A stretch of 64,000 bases of DNA from Shigella phage CM1. The stretch lies in the sequence record MK962749. One strand, given 5' to 3'. Position 1 is the stretch's first letter; every line of letters starts with the position of its first letter. This document shows positions 54,922 through 64,000 of this stretch, one piece after another. Made by a program: the position numbers and the translations under genes. Below the pieces are notes generated by a model. That model did not search any database, was not told the origin of the DNA, and saw only the letters and a program-made list of their open reading frames with translations.

Positions 54922-55254
54922 TCAGGTGCCCAGTTTGTTCTTTCCTTTATACAACCGTAAGGGTATAGTTTTTGTAACAGTCCATCTCCCCAGCCCTTCC
55001 CAGTTCCAGTTGTAGGCATGGTACCCGGTTACGCATGCACTGCTAGAATGGTCATAGGCATAAGAGAACGCTATACGCACCAAATGGAACCAGTCTTTCC
55101 ACGGTTGTGGTCCGTAAGCTTTTCTCCAACACCGACACAAACTAAATGTCTCAAGAATAGGTAGGATAACAAATCCATACACCGCCACCAGAATAGCCAG
55201 CGCAATGATTGTCAGGAATACATACCCTGCAGTTGAAACGATGATCTCTGTCAT
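54922..55254 (-). CDS. membrane protein
   Basis: 110 aa; N-terminal TM helices. Confidence 0.45.
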   Translation of the reverse strand: MTEIIVSTAGYVFLTIIALAILVAVYGFVILPILETFSLCRCWRKAYGPQPWKDWFHLVRIAFSYAYDHSSSACVTGYHAYNWNWEGLGRWTVTKTIPLRLYKGKNKLGT

Positions 55255-55454
55255 TTGTCGTCCCCTTTCTTACGGATATAGATGTGAGAGCCTGCCTGTA
55301 TATAAATTTCTCGACCATCTTCTGCAAAGATATGAAATACACGATCACCTTCATACTCGATACGTGATATCTTCATAATGGTCTTTCCACCTGGGATGCG
55401 GATCTCGTCCCCCACAGCGATGTTCCATGCAGATTTAAGCTTAAACATCTGCAC
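55251..55454 (-). CDS. hypothetical protein
   Basis: 67-aa ORF. Confidence 0.4.
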   Translation of the reverse strand: MQMFKLKSAWNIAVGDEIRIPGGKTIMKISRIEYEGDRVFHIFAEDGREIYIQAGSHIYIRKKGDDK

Positions 55455-55686
55455 CCTCCTTTGGGAGCTCTAACTCTGGCATAGCCATATACGCCACAAC
55501 AGGGTTGTAATCAAAGTAGAAATGACCGTTAATTATCCCAGTTTTGTGAGCATAGTCACCAGATCCTGCAAGAACAACCTCGCAAACTCCGAAATCCACC
55601 TTGCCATTCTCATCTGCCATGGCTACAATATACTTTCCTAGAGGCATGTTTTTAACGCCGTCTACAAATGTCCACCCTTTGTTCAT
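55441..55686 (-). CDS. hypothetical protein
   Basis: 81-aa ORF. Confidence 0.4.
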   Translation of the reverse strand: MNKGWTFVDGVKNMPLGKYIVAMADENGKVDFGVCEVVLAGSGDYAHKTGIINGHFYFDYNPVVAYMAMPELELPKEGADV

Positions 55687-55706
55687 ACTTTATCTCCTGC
55701 ATTCTC

Positions 55707-56039
55707 TTAAGGTAACCAGTAAACAATCTCGCCTTTCAGCTTCATGTCGTTTCCAACATAAATTTGCCAGCCATCCATCTTAGCAGCTGCAGGCCCAAAG
55801 TCATCCGCACCCCTTACCTCTTTCCAGGTCCCGTAGTCAGGTTGCCAGATGTAAAATCCACCTTCTTTGTCCCATGCTCCATACACTACGTTTAACAAGT
55901 TTCCCATTGCAACAATAGTGGGCCGTGGGAACAATGCATCTACAGATGCGCCACAATATTTGGTATCTTTTAAATTGCACTCCCAAAAGATGTCTGCCAG
56001 TGTGGCGGCGATAGCTTTACGTCTTTCTAATGTTACCAT
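55707..56039 (-). CDS. hypothetical protein
   Basis: 110-aa ORF. Confidence 0.45.
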   Translation of the reverse strand: MVTLERRKAIAATLADIFWECNLKDTKYCGASVDALFPRPTIVAMGNLLNVVYGAWDKEGGFYIWQPDYGTWKEVRGADDFGPAAAKMDGWQIYVGNDMKLKGEIVYWLP

Positions 56040-56046
56040 ATCATAC

Positions 56047-56238
56047 TCACTTGTTGTTAATAAGTTCTAAAACTTTCTGTCTTACCTTATCAATATCTGT
56101 TGATTCAAAAACTGTACGATATCCCCAACTTTGCCCATAAGAATGGCTGCAATCACCATAACACCATTGCTCAATTTGATAGTATTCAAGGAACGGGTGC
56201 TGTCTAACTATGATACCGTCCCGGTTAAAAATTACCAT
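56047..56238 (-). CDS. hypothetical protein
   Basis: 63-aa ORF. Confidence 0.4.
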   Translation of the reverse strand: MVIFNRDGIIVRQHPFLEYYQIEQWCYGDCSHSYGQSWGYRTVFESTDIDKVRQKVLELINNK

Positions 56239-56301
56239 AATACATCACTCTCTGTTAGTTTATGCGTATATTATACACTGCAGTTTTCAGATGTCAACCT
56301 C

Positions 56302-56496
56302 TTACAGATTGCTCCAGTACAATCGGCATTTACATTTTGGGCAATGAGGTTCTTTTATGTAATAACCGTCAGTCTTTGGAACACTTTTTGGTGCAGTTTT
56401 AAGATTGTACCTGGTAAAACATCGGAAGCAGGTTACCTCTCCCACCTGTTGATCGTTGATCCACTCACCAGAGTAAAGTTCTTTCTTGTTTCTCAT
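56302..56496 (-). CDS. small zinc-ribbon protein
   Basis: ORF 56302-56553; start at MRNKKE with GGGAGAG RBS; CFRC...CPKCKC. Confidence 0.4.
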   Translation of the reverse strand: MRNKKELYSGEWINDQQVGEVTCFRCFTRYNLKTAPKSVPKTDGYYIKEPHCPKCKCRLYWSNL

Positions 56497-56522
56497 AATT
56501 CTCTCCCAAATCCTCTGCAATC

Positions 56523-56693
56523 TTATACCAAAATCTCCAGCCAGAAAGCACACGGGAACACTTTGAGGATTGAATCTTTACTTGGCTCGGAAGTTCTTTT
56601 TCCGTATGGTAGGTAGAAATACCCTCCTGCAGATTCGAATATAGCTCCTTCGGTTGTATCTACCACAGCAAGAATTAAGATTTTAGTCTCCAC
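56523..56693 (-). CDS. possible 56-aa small protein (GTG start)
   Basis: AGAGGAGAG then GTG; VETKILILAVVDTTEGAIFESAGGYFYLPYGKRT...; not in ORF track. Confidence 0.25.
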   Translation of the reverse strand: METKILILAVVDTTEGAIFESAGGYFYLPYGKRTSEPSKDSILKVFPCAFWLEILV

Positions 56694-56747
56694 AGTGCTC
56701 TCCTCTCTTAGTTGTCGTGGAAACTATATCACCTCAGAAGATGGTCG

Positions 56748-57206
56748 TCAACACTTTTTGTACTCCACCACGACAATATCTATGTCGAAAGTGGCAAGGT
56801 TAATAACGTCCTCTACGTGTTCCCACTTCAAACCGCCTATGCCGCACCCGATCTTAGGTATGTAGAATGGTAAAGTCGATCCGCTGAATACTTCATTGAC
56901 TAGCTCAAAGCCTTTCAGGATTGAGAAATACTCAGCATTAGGTCCTGGGTAGAACTGGGTATATAGATTGATTCCGTAGACAATACCTATCGGAGATAAG
57001 TGCTCCCATCGGGAGAACGCACCCAGTTTACTTAGGCAACCGTATCTAGTCTCTTTGTCGGCTGACAGTGCTTGAGGAAACTCACGGGCAATCTGTTTTG
57101 CTATACCCTTGCCCATTGTGTGGAAGCAGTTACAACCGTGGATCAGGTGACCAGCACCGCTCTTAAAAAGGGAGATTAAATCTCCCTCTACAGTATCAAT
57201 AATCAC
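56748..57206 (-). CDS. macrodomain protein, TARG1/OARD1 (DarG-like) family ADP-ribosyl hydrolase
   Basis: GAGHLIHGCNCFHTMGKGIAKQIAREFP and IPKIGCGIGGLKWEHVEDVI match remembered TARG1 segments; start set at GTG (about 152 aa). Confidence 0.65.
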   Translation of the reverse strand: MIIDTVEGDLISLFKSGAGHLIHGCNCFHTMGKGIAKQIAREFPQALSADKETRYGCLSKLGAFSRWEHLSPIGIVYGINLYTQFYPGPNAEYFSILKGFELVNEVFSGSTLPFYIPKIGCGIGGLKWEHVEDVINLATFDIDIVVVEYKKC

Positions 57207-57621
57207 GGTAAGCCAGCTCCTCTTCCGCAATTTCAAAAAACTCAGTCCAGCACTGTGGCATATTGGAGTTACCGAAGTGGCTTTCATAGTAAAGGTTCTT
57301 ACCGCTAGGAAGGTAGAAATCTGTTACCTCATAAAATCCACAATCGTCGCACTCACCTTCTTCAAACTTGGCCTTAACCTTAATACCGAGGAAGGTGAAA
57401 AGTTTATGGACATCTTCAGTTTCGAACTCCCAGGGAATGTTGTTTTCCGCATCGGTGTAGAACTGGATCAGCAGACCATTGTCCAGTTTACCAAAATACT
57501 CTGTGAAGTAACTTCCTTCCCAGAAATCTTTATGACAAATAATATCCATGCGTTTGCCCATAATAATGGTGTGAGCGTTTTGGGCATCGTCACGAATCAG
57601 TTTTGGCATTTCATAGATCAT
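57196..57621 (-). CDS. hypothetical protein
   Basis: 141-aa ORF. Confidence 0.45.
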   Translation of the reverse strand: MIYEMPKLIRDDAQNAHTIIMGKRMDIICHKDFWEGSYFTEYFGKLDNGLLIQFYTDAENNIPWEFETEDVHKLFTFLGIKVKAKFEEGECDDCGFYEVTDFYLPSGKNLYYESHFGNSNMPQCWTEFFEIAEEELAYRDY

Positions 57622-57689
57622 CTTAGTTCTCCTGGTTCAACAGGTGGTGGCGCTACAGGAAGATCATAAAACATAGCTATCACAGTCTC

Positions 57690-57887
57690 TTACACAGGAA
57701 TTGCTTCAAACAGGCCGTTATCTATACCGTCCTTCAGATAGAGATTATATTCTATGTCGGTATCTGTGTAAAGGGCAGCATCCAGCATTCTATCTGTGAG
57801 TCCATCCATTGGGTGGAGAAACCACCACCCACGCCAGTCAAAGTAACAGCCTGGTGCATCTTCTTTTACACGGATTCGATAAATCAT
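57690..57887 (-). CDS. hypothetical protein
   Basis: 65-aa ORF. Confidence 0.4.
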   Translation of the reverse strand: MIYRIRVKEDAPGCYFDWRGWWFLHPMDGLTDRMLDAALYTDTDIEYNLYLKDGIDNGLFEAIPV

Positions 57888-57983
57888 GGGCAGTGGCCTC
57901 CTGTTAGTTATACATCCCAGTTTTCTTCGTTCATCACGTCCTCCCGTTCTATGAAGTTATAATTGCACACCTTTCAATCTGTG

Positions 57984-58400
57984 TCAACAGAAAACTTCAA
58001 CAAATTCTTCCACAGTTTTAATGTCGTGGGAAAAAGGTTTACGGCTATAACGGGCAATAGCACTATCAACCACCGCCCGGTACTCCAAATCTTCAGAATA
58101 TTTCATGAAGCATTGTAGCGTCTCTGGACAGATAGCTAAATAGCTCCACCACCCCTCTTCAGATTGGTAGTCGAATCCCATACTCTCCAACCATGAAGCA
58201 TATACGCCTGCACCCTCAAGCCAGTGAGTATTTTCATCCAGAAACTTGTTAATAGACATGTGAGCTTCTAAGCATTTATCCAGCTCTTTTCCGTTAACCA
58301 GCCACGCACTGACCGTGGCGCATCCAAGGTCTACAGATTGAGTTGACAGGTTGTATTGGTCATAGTTCTCAGGCTTAACAATGATATCTTCTAATGTCAT
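57984..58400 (-). CDS. hypothetical protein
   Basis: 138-aa ORF. Confidence 0.45.
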   Translation of the reverse strand: MTLEDIIVKPENYDQYNLSTQSVDLGCATVSAWLVNGKELDKCLEAHMSINKFLDENTHWLEGAGVYASWLESMGFDYQSEEGWWSYLAICPETLQCFMKYSEDLEYRAVVDSAIARYSRKPFSHDIKTVEEFVEVFC

Positions 58401-58462
58401 TTTTCAGATCTCCTTATACAAAAATGCCCCACCCTTTCGGGCAGGGCTATGTCAGTTAGGTG

Positions 58463-59086
58463 CTAAAAGTATTCATAGAGGTATCCATCGGGAGCTGGAA
58501 TTTTTTCATGAATGTAGTAATCAACACATATTCCGGTTTCTCTTCTACAAGAATTGTGGGATACCCATTCTTTAAGAACGTTGCCATTCATGTCCAGCCT
58601 CCTTACATTTTTACACCGTCTACCGCTGGTGCTTCTATGCAACAGAATATCCTCCGTCTGCTTGTCTTTATTTTCTCCCCAGGTCGTTAAACGGATATTA
58701 TCAAAAGAGTACCCTTTGAAATCATCTATCCTATCACAAGAAGGCTTTTTCCTTTTGTCGTATCCGCTGGCTACCCACTGATCATACAACTCTTTGTAAC
58801 CGTTCAGGTATAGCCACTCCTTAAACTCCTTTTTGGTGTAAGTAGGAGGCGGGTGACCTCTCTTCTTACTGTTGCACTTTTGAGTCTTGTACAACACGCG
58901 GATAACACCTTTTTCTGAAGAGTCGTGGGAAAATTGGTCAGCCTCCCTGCTGGCCTTCTTACAACACTCTTTGCACTTATTAAGATGACCGTCAGACATC
59001 TTTGGGTGTTTGTAGAACTCGGAGAGGTTTTTCACCTCTCCGCACTTGATGCACCTCTTACAATGCGTGGATTCTACTTTTGCCAT
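58463..59086 (-). CDS. zinc-finger HNH-like putative homing endonuclease
   Basis: Start at MAKVEST (GGTGGG RBS); CKRCIKCG...CKECC; HNH-like [22 protein letters not shown]. Confidence 0.4.
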   Translation of the reverse strand: MAKVESTHCKRCIKCGEVKNLSEFYKHPKMSDGHLNKCKECCKKASREADQFSHDSSEKGVIRVLYKTQKCNSKKRGHPPPTYTKKEFKEWLYLNGYKELYDQWVASGYDKRKKPSCDRIDDFKGYSFDNIRLTTWGENKDKQTEDILLHRSTSGRRCKNVRRLDMNGNVLKEWVSHNSCRRETGICVDYYIHEKIPAPDGYLYEYF

Positions 59087-60329
59087 ATTGCAAACCCACC
59101 GGAGCGAAAGGTATGTCATCACAGAAGTCATACTGTGCTGGATTCTGATCCATTGGGTCATCTTCCTCATCATTTACAGGAGGAGCGTCTACAGTGTTTT
59201 GCTGTGGAGCTGCTTCCTGTTTGGCAGCCTGGGGTTCTTGATAGTCAGTTGACCCAGCACCGTTCTTGATCCAATCGTACAACGGCTCAGCCAGATTAGT
59301 CAAGACATCTTTTGCTTCTGCAGTAATTGCCGCTGCAAAATCATCAACTTTCGTTTTCTTGTCAATACGGCGACAAGCGTTCAACACCGCATTGCCGACA
59401 CTGGCACCTACTTCATCTTCAGTTCGGTTGGTGGCTTGAGCATACTCTTTCTTAAGCTCAATGGTGACTACGTGCAGTGTTTTAGCCACGCCTAGTGGGT
59501 CGTCCACCTTAAACCCGCGATCCAGGATGATCTGCAACGCATTGATGCTATGTCCCGTCTCCACACCGATAGGGTCGTAAGAGGATTTACGCTTGCCACC
59601 AGAGCCTTGAGTGCCGTTCTCTGCCTTAGGAGGATAGGCCTTGAAACCACTGATAATGTTTCCGGTGTCTTTGTCAACAATGGCTGCAACACGACCACCT
59701 ACCACCAGGTCTTTAAGCTGCTCATCAGTGACAACCATAGCACCTTCGCCAATCTTGTGGTCATTAACAGTAACCACGTTGCCAACAATCTGAGTCACAT
59801 CACCATAGATGCGTAAAACGTCTTGATTGGCATTCTGCTGAGGTTTCTGCTTCTGGCCTTGTGATTGTGCACCTTGTTGCTGTTTTTGCTGCTGAGTCGC
59901 TGCTGGAGCCTCTCCTGCACCCAGCTTAACCATCTTAGCCAGTGAGCCTTTGTAATAGGTCTTACCGTTATGCTCGTTTGCCTTCAAAGGGATATTTACG
60001 ATCCATCCTGGCGTTACGGTTTCCCACTTGTCATCAATCTTAACAGAGACAGAGTCTTGATGACCCGGTTTAAGCAGTTTATCACCCATACTGATCCAGA
60101 CTTCTTCACCACCTTGAAGCAGGTTATCAGAGGAATCCAGTTCAGAAATCAGTAAAGAGATGGTGTGGCTGGATTCAATTTTCTTACCTTGCCACACAGT
60201 GGTTTTAATACCTGTTGTAGGATCAGCACCTTTGATAGGCTTGATGCTGACACGTTTAATCATGCCGTGAGCCAGTAAAACAGTTTCACGCGGATTCATC
60301 GGGTTAGCGAATTGTTGAATAACGCTCAT
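59058..60329 (-). CDS. Q-rich linker protein, possible ssDNA-binding protein
   Basis: 423 aa; low-complexity linker [20 protein letters not shown]; acidic DEEDD...DFCDDIPF resembles the SSB tail DDDIPF but is not C-terminal. Confidence 0.35.
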   Translation of the reverse strand: MSVIQQFANPMNPRETVLLAHGMIKRVSIKPIKGADPTTGIKTTVWQGKKIESSHTISLLISELDSSDNLLQGGEEVWISMGDKLLKPGHQDSVSVKIDDKWETVTPGWIVNIPLKANEHNGKTYYKGSLAKMVKLGAGEAPAATQQQKQQQGAQSQGQKQKPQQNANQDVLRIYGDVTQIVGNVVTVNDHKIGEGAMVVTDEQLKDLVVGGRVAAIVDKDTGNIISGFKAYPPKAENGTQGSGGKRKSSYDPIGVETGHSINALQIILDRGFKVDDPLGVAKTLHVVTIELKKEYAQATNRTEDEVGASVGNAVLNACRRIDKKTKVDDFAAAITAEAKDVLTNLAEPLYDWIKNGAGSTDYQEPQAAKQEAAPQQNTVDAPPVNDEEDDPMDQNPAQYDFCDDIPFAPVGLQYGKSRIHAL

Positions 60330-60694
60330 TATTTGTCTCCTTGTTCTTCGTTAGTGTTTGCCGTGTGTGCAAACCCTGCTTGAATTAATTTGTCCTGAAC
60401 TTGAGCCAACAGCCCCATTGCAAAACTTGTGGTCCCAGAGAGGGCCATCAGCATATCTCGTTGTTGAGCTACCCAACCTAAGGCATAGTCCAAACGACGA
60501 TATTTTTCTTCTTCACGCAGAGCTTGAAATAATTGTTCAGCCTCTGGTTGTTGTGTGAGCTCCTGAAGTCTTCCCATGAAAGAAGAAAGCACTAGCAGAA
60601 GAGACACTTGATCTTTACTTAACCCTAAGAAAAATTCTTGAGGTTGTTCTTGCTCGTTCATCGCAACCGACGCTTGATCGTTCATTTGTTCCAT
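60329..60694 (-). CDS. hypothetical protein
   Basis: 121-aa ORF. Confidence 0.45.
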   Translation of the reverse strand: MEQMNDQASVAMNEQEQPQEFFLGLSKDQVSLLLVLSSFMGRLQELTQQPEAEQLFQALREEEKYRRLDYALGWVAQQRDMLMALSGTTSFAMGLLAQVQDKLIQAGFAHTANTNEEQGDK

Positions 60695-60777
60695 TATGGA
60701 ATCTCCGATTTTATTTGAACAACATAGAAGGAGACACTATTTTAGCATCCCCTTCTGCAAATTACAATAGGTATTTG

Positions 60778-61023
60778 TTAGCCAATCACTTCGAAAGTTC
60801 CCCAATTCCCGTCCAGCAGGCAGGTGATCGGCTCCCCATCGTCGTCAAAGATTTCAAAGTTTTCAGCACCCAGGATGTGGCCCTCGAACACAATACTTTC
60901 GTCGCCACCACCAGAAATAACAGCGTATTCCTTACCTTGAGTCAAGTTTTGACACCCTTTGCCACCAAAACCTACTTCCACACAACGTACTTTCTGTCCT
61001 GCGCGAGCAACTACTTCAGCCAT
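60778..61023 (-). CDS. hypothetical protein
   Basis: 81-aa ORF. Confidence 0.4.
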   Translation of the reverse strand: MAEVVARAGQKVRCVEVGFGGKGCQNLTQGKEYAVISGGGDESIVFEGHILGAENFEIFDDDGEPITCLLDGNWGTFEVIG

Positions 61024-61040
61024 CTTAAGGTCTCCTGATA

Positions 61041-61361
61041 TTAATCGTCAAGTTCAAAATAGATTTTAACAGCTTCATCAAAGATTGGAATCCCGATGTT
61101 GTTGATAAGCTGCCAAACTACCATATCTTTACCTGGGTCTGGGAGAATGTCAACCTTTCTCCATGCGCTGTATATCCAGTTCGGACCACCTTCTGCACTA
61201 ACTGGCAGATTTTCACCAGCCTCCTGCAGATACTTATACAGCAAAAGATACTCTGGATACTCTAGAATACTGTCCTCTGTAGTGTATAGCAGTTCACGGT
61301 ATACTTTTAAGAACCCTGCGGGGGTGATGTTTTCAGTCTTCATTTGCTGCCTCTCCTGCAT
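61041..61361 (-). CDS. hypothetical protein
   Basis: 106-aa ORF. Confidence 0.45.
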   Translation of the reverse strand: MQERQQMKTENITPAGFLKVYRELLYTTEDSILEYPEYLLLYKYLQEAGENLPVSAEGGPNWIYSAWRKVDILPDPGKDMVVWQLINNIGIPIFDEAVKIYFELDD

Positions 61362-61722
61362 TCATCAGATCTGCCATAGCGTCACCAACGAAGAGAACAA
61401 CCACATCGTTGACAGCGTCAGTATCATCTTTGTTGACGTTGCTGAATTTAGGACACACAGCAATGATCATATAGACACCGTTACCCACCTGAACTGTCCG
61501 TGTGGTGCACATCATGGCGGTATTTGTGCCTTCTTTGAAGGCGAAGCCTTGAAGACGCTCCTCTAGAGTGTTACCGGTAGACTTCAGAAGCGCCAGCTCG
61601 TCCAAGGCATAGATGATATCTCCGGAAGTTAGTGTTGCCTTGCCATCAGACACCATAATCACTCCATCAGCACCGTCAAGCTTAGAGGCTTCAAAGATAT
61701 CAATATCCCAAATATTTTTCAT
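61333..61722 (-). CDS. hypothetical protein
   Basis: 129-aa ORF. Confidence 0.45.
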   Translation of the reverse strand: MKNIWDIDIFEASKLDGADGVIMVSDGKATLTSGDIIYALDELALLKSTGNTLEERLQGFAFKEGTNTAMMCTTRTVQVGNGVYMIIAVCPKFSNVNKDDTDAVNDVVVLFVGDAMADLMNAGEAANED

Positions 61723-61994
61723 TACGCTTCCTCGTCATCTAAGTAATCATCAAGAGAGGTGAAGATTTCACCGAAGTATTCTAAGATTTCTAGCTCACGT
61801 GTGGTGCAGCAAACATAATCGCCTTGGTCGTCCTTAATAGTGGCCTCTTTACCCAGAATATCTACTTCAAGTTCATCGTTCAACAGGACGGCCCCTGTGT
61901 AAACTTTGTCAGCTGTGCAGTCCCGAAAAGCAGAGTCCTTCTCCAGACAGTCCGGCTTAACCTTGGCTTTAATTCGTTGATATTGTTTGGTCAT
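61722..61994 (-). CDS. small acidic Cys-containing protein, paralog of 62059-62310
   Basis: Shares KP(D/E)C.E.D.AF.DCT with ORF 62059. Confidence 0.45.
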   Translation of the reverse strand: MTKQYQRIKAKVKPDCLEKDSAFRDCTADKVYTGAVLLNDELEVDILGKEATIKDDQGDYVCCTTRELEILEYFGEIFTSLDDYLDDEEA

Positions 61995-62058
61995 TGCTAT
62001 GGTCTCCTTTTTCTTAGAGGGGGACCATTATATCTGGTCCCATCTTTCTTGTCAAGTA

Positions 62059-62310
62059 TTAATGTTCAGGTTTTACAAAAACCACTTCGTTAACGGTGCA
62101 CCAGACAGAGTCTCCTTCATCATCTTTAAAGGTAAGGTACTGTGCTGAGTTTTCCAGCTCATCGATCTCTTCTTGTGATAAAGAGCCTTCTTCCAGAAGG
62201 GCTTTTACCAGAGGGTTCTCACAAAACTCTGCTTCATAAATTGCACCGATTGTGCAATCTTTAAAAGCTCGGTCATTTTCAACGCATTCTGGCTTCAGAG
62301 TAATTTTCAT
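62059..62310 (-). CDS. small acidic Cys-containing protein, paralog of 61722-61994
   Basis: MKITLKPECVENDRAFKDCT... Confidence 0.45.
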   Translation of the reverse strand: MKITLKPECVENDRAFKDCTIGAIYEAEFCENPLVKALLEEGSLSQEEIDELENSAQYLTFKDDEGDSVWCTVNEVVFVKPEH

Positions 62311-62386
62311 CTTAGCTGTCCCCTTAAGTGTTAAACAATAAACGCTCTGTTTGTGTGAAGCATCTTATATCTAATCTTACTTCTTG

Positions 62387-62758
62387 TCAACGACTATTTT
62401 CAATCATCCACACAGGGTCGAGGTAAATTTGTTGACGTCTTGCCCAATGACAAACTTCATTGTACATCTGAATCTCTTTGTCAGTCAGTTCACGAATAGG
62501 CTCATCTATACCCTCATTTTTGTGGTAATCCCAGTCGGCATCGATTTCCCACAACCATGACTTGTTGTCACCACGCTTACGCACACAGAAGTCACCGGGA
62601 CGGCCTGCCAATGCATTTAAGAACTCGTTCTCCGCTCGCTCCTGAAGAATACTAAGGAGCAAAACGTTGGAGCATGACCGTAAAATATGCTTCAGCTCAC
62701 AATCATCAATCTCAACTTCAATACGTTGTTTGACTGTGTGGGTACCTTTTACTAACAT
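62387..62758 (-). CDS. hypothetical protein
   Basis: ORF 62387-62785; start at MLVKGTHT with GAGGAGGT RBS. Confidence 0.45.
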   Translation of the reverse strand: MLVKGTHTVKQRIEVEIDDCELKHILRSCSNVLLLSILQERAENEFLNALAGRPGDFCVRKRGDNKSWLWEIDADWDYHKNEGIDEPIRELTDKEIQMYNEVCHWARRQQIYLDPVWMIENSR

Positions 62759-62768
62759 CCTACCTCCT

Positions 62769-62963
62769 CTAAACGAACTCTGCAAGAGTTGTGTTGTTCA
62801 CTGCACCGCAGTAAATGGAGTATCCCAGCCCATTAGAGTGCAGAAACCACGGCGTGCCGAAATTATCTTTCACGTAGACATCGCCGTTGTTTGTAAAGGG
62901 CCAATATTCTTCACCAAGGGTAAAATACCTATTCATACCTTCAGCAAGATACTTTACTTTCAT
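62769..62963 (-). CDS. hypothetical protein
   Basis: 64-aa ORF. Confidence 0.4.
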   Translation of the reverse strand: MKVKYLAEGMNRYFTLGEEYWPFTNNGDVYVKDNFGTPWFLHSNGLGYSIYCGAVNNTTLAEFV

Positions 62964-63187
62964 AGGTCCTCTTCAACAACTACAAACTTGGCAAGCAAAG
63001 TGGTTCCGTAGATATGATACTCACCGTTTGCCAGGTGAGAGATATACCAGTCAACCCCTTCCTCGTCTTTAATCATTTTGTTTGCACGAGCTTTATCGTA
63101 ATAAACCTCGTAGGTCTTTCCTTCTTTAAAGAATGACATGTCTGTCATCTTTTCTTCTACAAAGGTAGCTTTAACCAAAGTTGTCAT
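62960..63187 (-). CDS. hypothetical protein
   Basis: 75-aa ORF. Confidence 0.4.
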   Translation of the reverse strand: MTTLVKATFVEEKMTDMSFFKEGKTYEVYYDKARANKMIKDEEGVDWYISHLANGEYHIYGTTLLAKFVVVEEDL

Positions 63188-63546
63188 TGATCGGTCTCCT
63201 TCTTGTTAAATCTGAATACTGCAATAATAGCATTCCCAAGGTGCAGTGTCAAGTCATTTCCAAGATACCACAGCATTCCACGTTCATCTTTAATGAAAGG
63301 GTAACAATCTGGTGCCTTCCAGACATTGTACACTTTCCCAACCTGAAAGAAATCAGGCCCTGTTGGGATTTTGGTGCCAGGCCACACTTGAGATACCTGA
63401 ACACACTCCACCTGCATAATAACAGGGATAGTCATGGATGTAAATGTTTTTGTTGGTTCTACTACCATAAAAATCTCCTCTTTGCTCAACAGCACCTCCC
63501 TGTGCTGATAGTTTACATTAGTGACAATCACCCCAGTTCCGACCAC
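63184..63546 (-). CDS. hypothetical protein
   Basis: 120-aa ORF. Confidence 0.4.
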   Translation of the reverse strand: MVGTGVIVTNVNYQHREVLLSKEEIFMVVEPTKTFTSMTIPVIMQVECVQVSQVWPGTKIPTGPDFFQVGKVYNVWKAPDCYPFIKDERGMLWYLGNDLTLHLGNAIIAVFRFNKKETDQ

Positions 63547-63874
63547 ACAAGTATTCGCCTGTGATCTGGAATGGAACGCCCATCATTTTAGAAGCTTGCC
63601 AGAAGCAATGCACCACCATTTCACCCACAGGGCTCCAGATAAGTTCAAGCTTTCCGTCATCGTTCAGGATAGGATCGTACACCGTGTTTCCGTCTCTGTC
63701 AACCACTTCGTTTCCGTCTTCATCCTTGCGTGCCTTTTTGTACTTATGACCGTCGAACACATGAAGTTTGGCTTCCTGCTCTGCCTTAAATGCTTCCAGC
63801 TCTTCAATTGTGTCGAAGGTGTACACAGTCTTATACTTAGGCGTGTCAGGGACCTGAAGTTGGTACTCATCCAA
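63518..63874 (-). CDS. hypothetical protein
   Basis: 118-aa ORF; an equal-length plus-strand ORF overlaps. Confidence 0.35.
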   Translation of the reverse strand: MDEYQLQVPDTPKYKTVYTFDTIEELEAFKAEQEAKLHVFDGHKYKKARKDEDGNEVVDRDGNTVYDPILNDDGKLELIWSPVGEMVVHCFWQASKMMGVPFQITGEYLCGRNWGDCH

Positions 63875-64000
63875 TAGTTCAGGTAGGTCGTTAAGCTACC
63901 CCGCACCATTACGTGCACAGCCATACGGTTTCCTGTATGGATCGGACTATCTCATTACCTTGTTACCAAGGCACCTCTCATTTCGACCGCACTTGCTGGC

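Noticed and set aside
59058-60329. Confident call as SSB
   Set aside because: The DDIPF-like acidic motif is not at the extreme C-terminus and no OB-fold signature could be verified by eye; left as a low-confidence possibility.

Overview
This window reads as an early/middle region of a large virulent dsDNA phage of a Gram-negative (enterobacterial-type) host; that identity is inferred from dense sigma70-like promoters (TTGACA-17-TATAAT), SD-type RBSs and gene content, not from any search. Three blocks: (1) 0.4-40.5 kb, mostly plus strand: RNA end-healing/ligation genes, a sirtuin, DNA ligase, lambda-R-like endolysin, homing endonucleases, T4 RNase H-like exonuclease, RuvC-like and endo VII-like resolvases, two N6-MTases, dNMP kinase, HAD nucleotidase, ThyX, nrdA-nrdB-grx, intron-split nrdD, nrdG, PhoH, a ClpP-like protease, then about 35 small ORFs including a ribosome hibernation factor homolog and a paralogous family of small acidic proteins. 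(2) 40.5-43.6 kb: a gene desert at the strand switch with a 2 x 523 bp tandem repeat, a recurring CCTGAAGAG motif and iteron/inverted-repeat clusters. (3) 43.6-64 kb, minus strand: about 45 small early-type ORFs with repeated promoter and leader elements, a TARG1/DarG-like macrodomain, HNH-like genes and a repeat-rich 1.2 kb non-coding island. No tRNA, rRNA, CRISPR array, integrase or transposase was recognised. All calls are from reading the sequence and ORF track; motif assignments rest on remembered family signatures. Non-ORF coordinates are approximate (a few bp).
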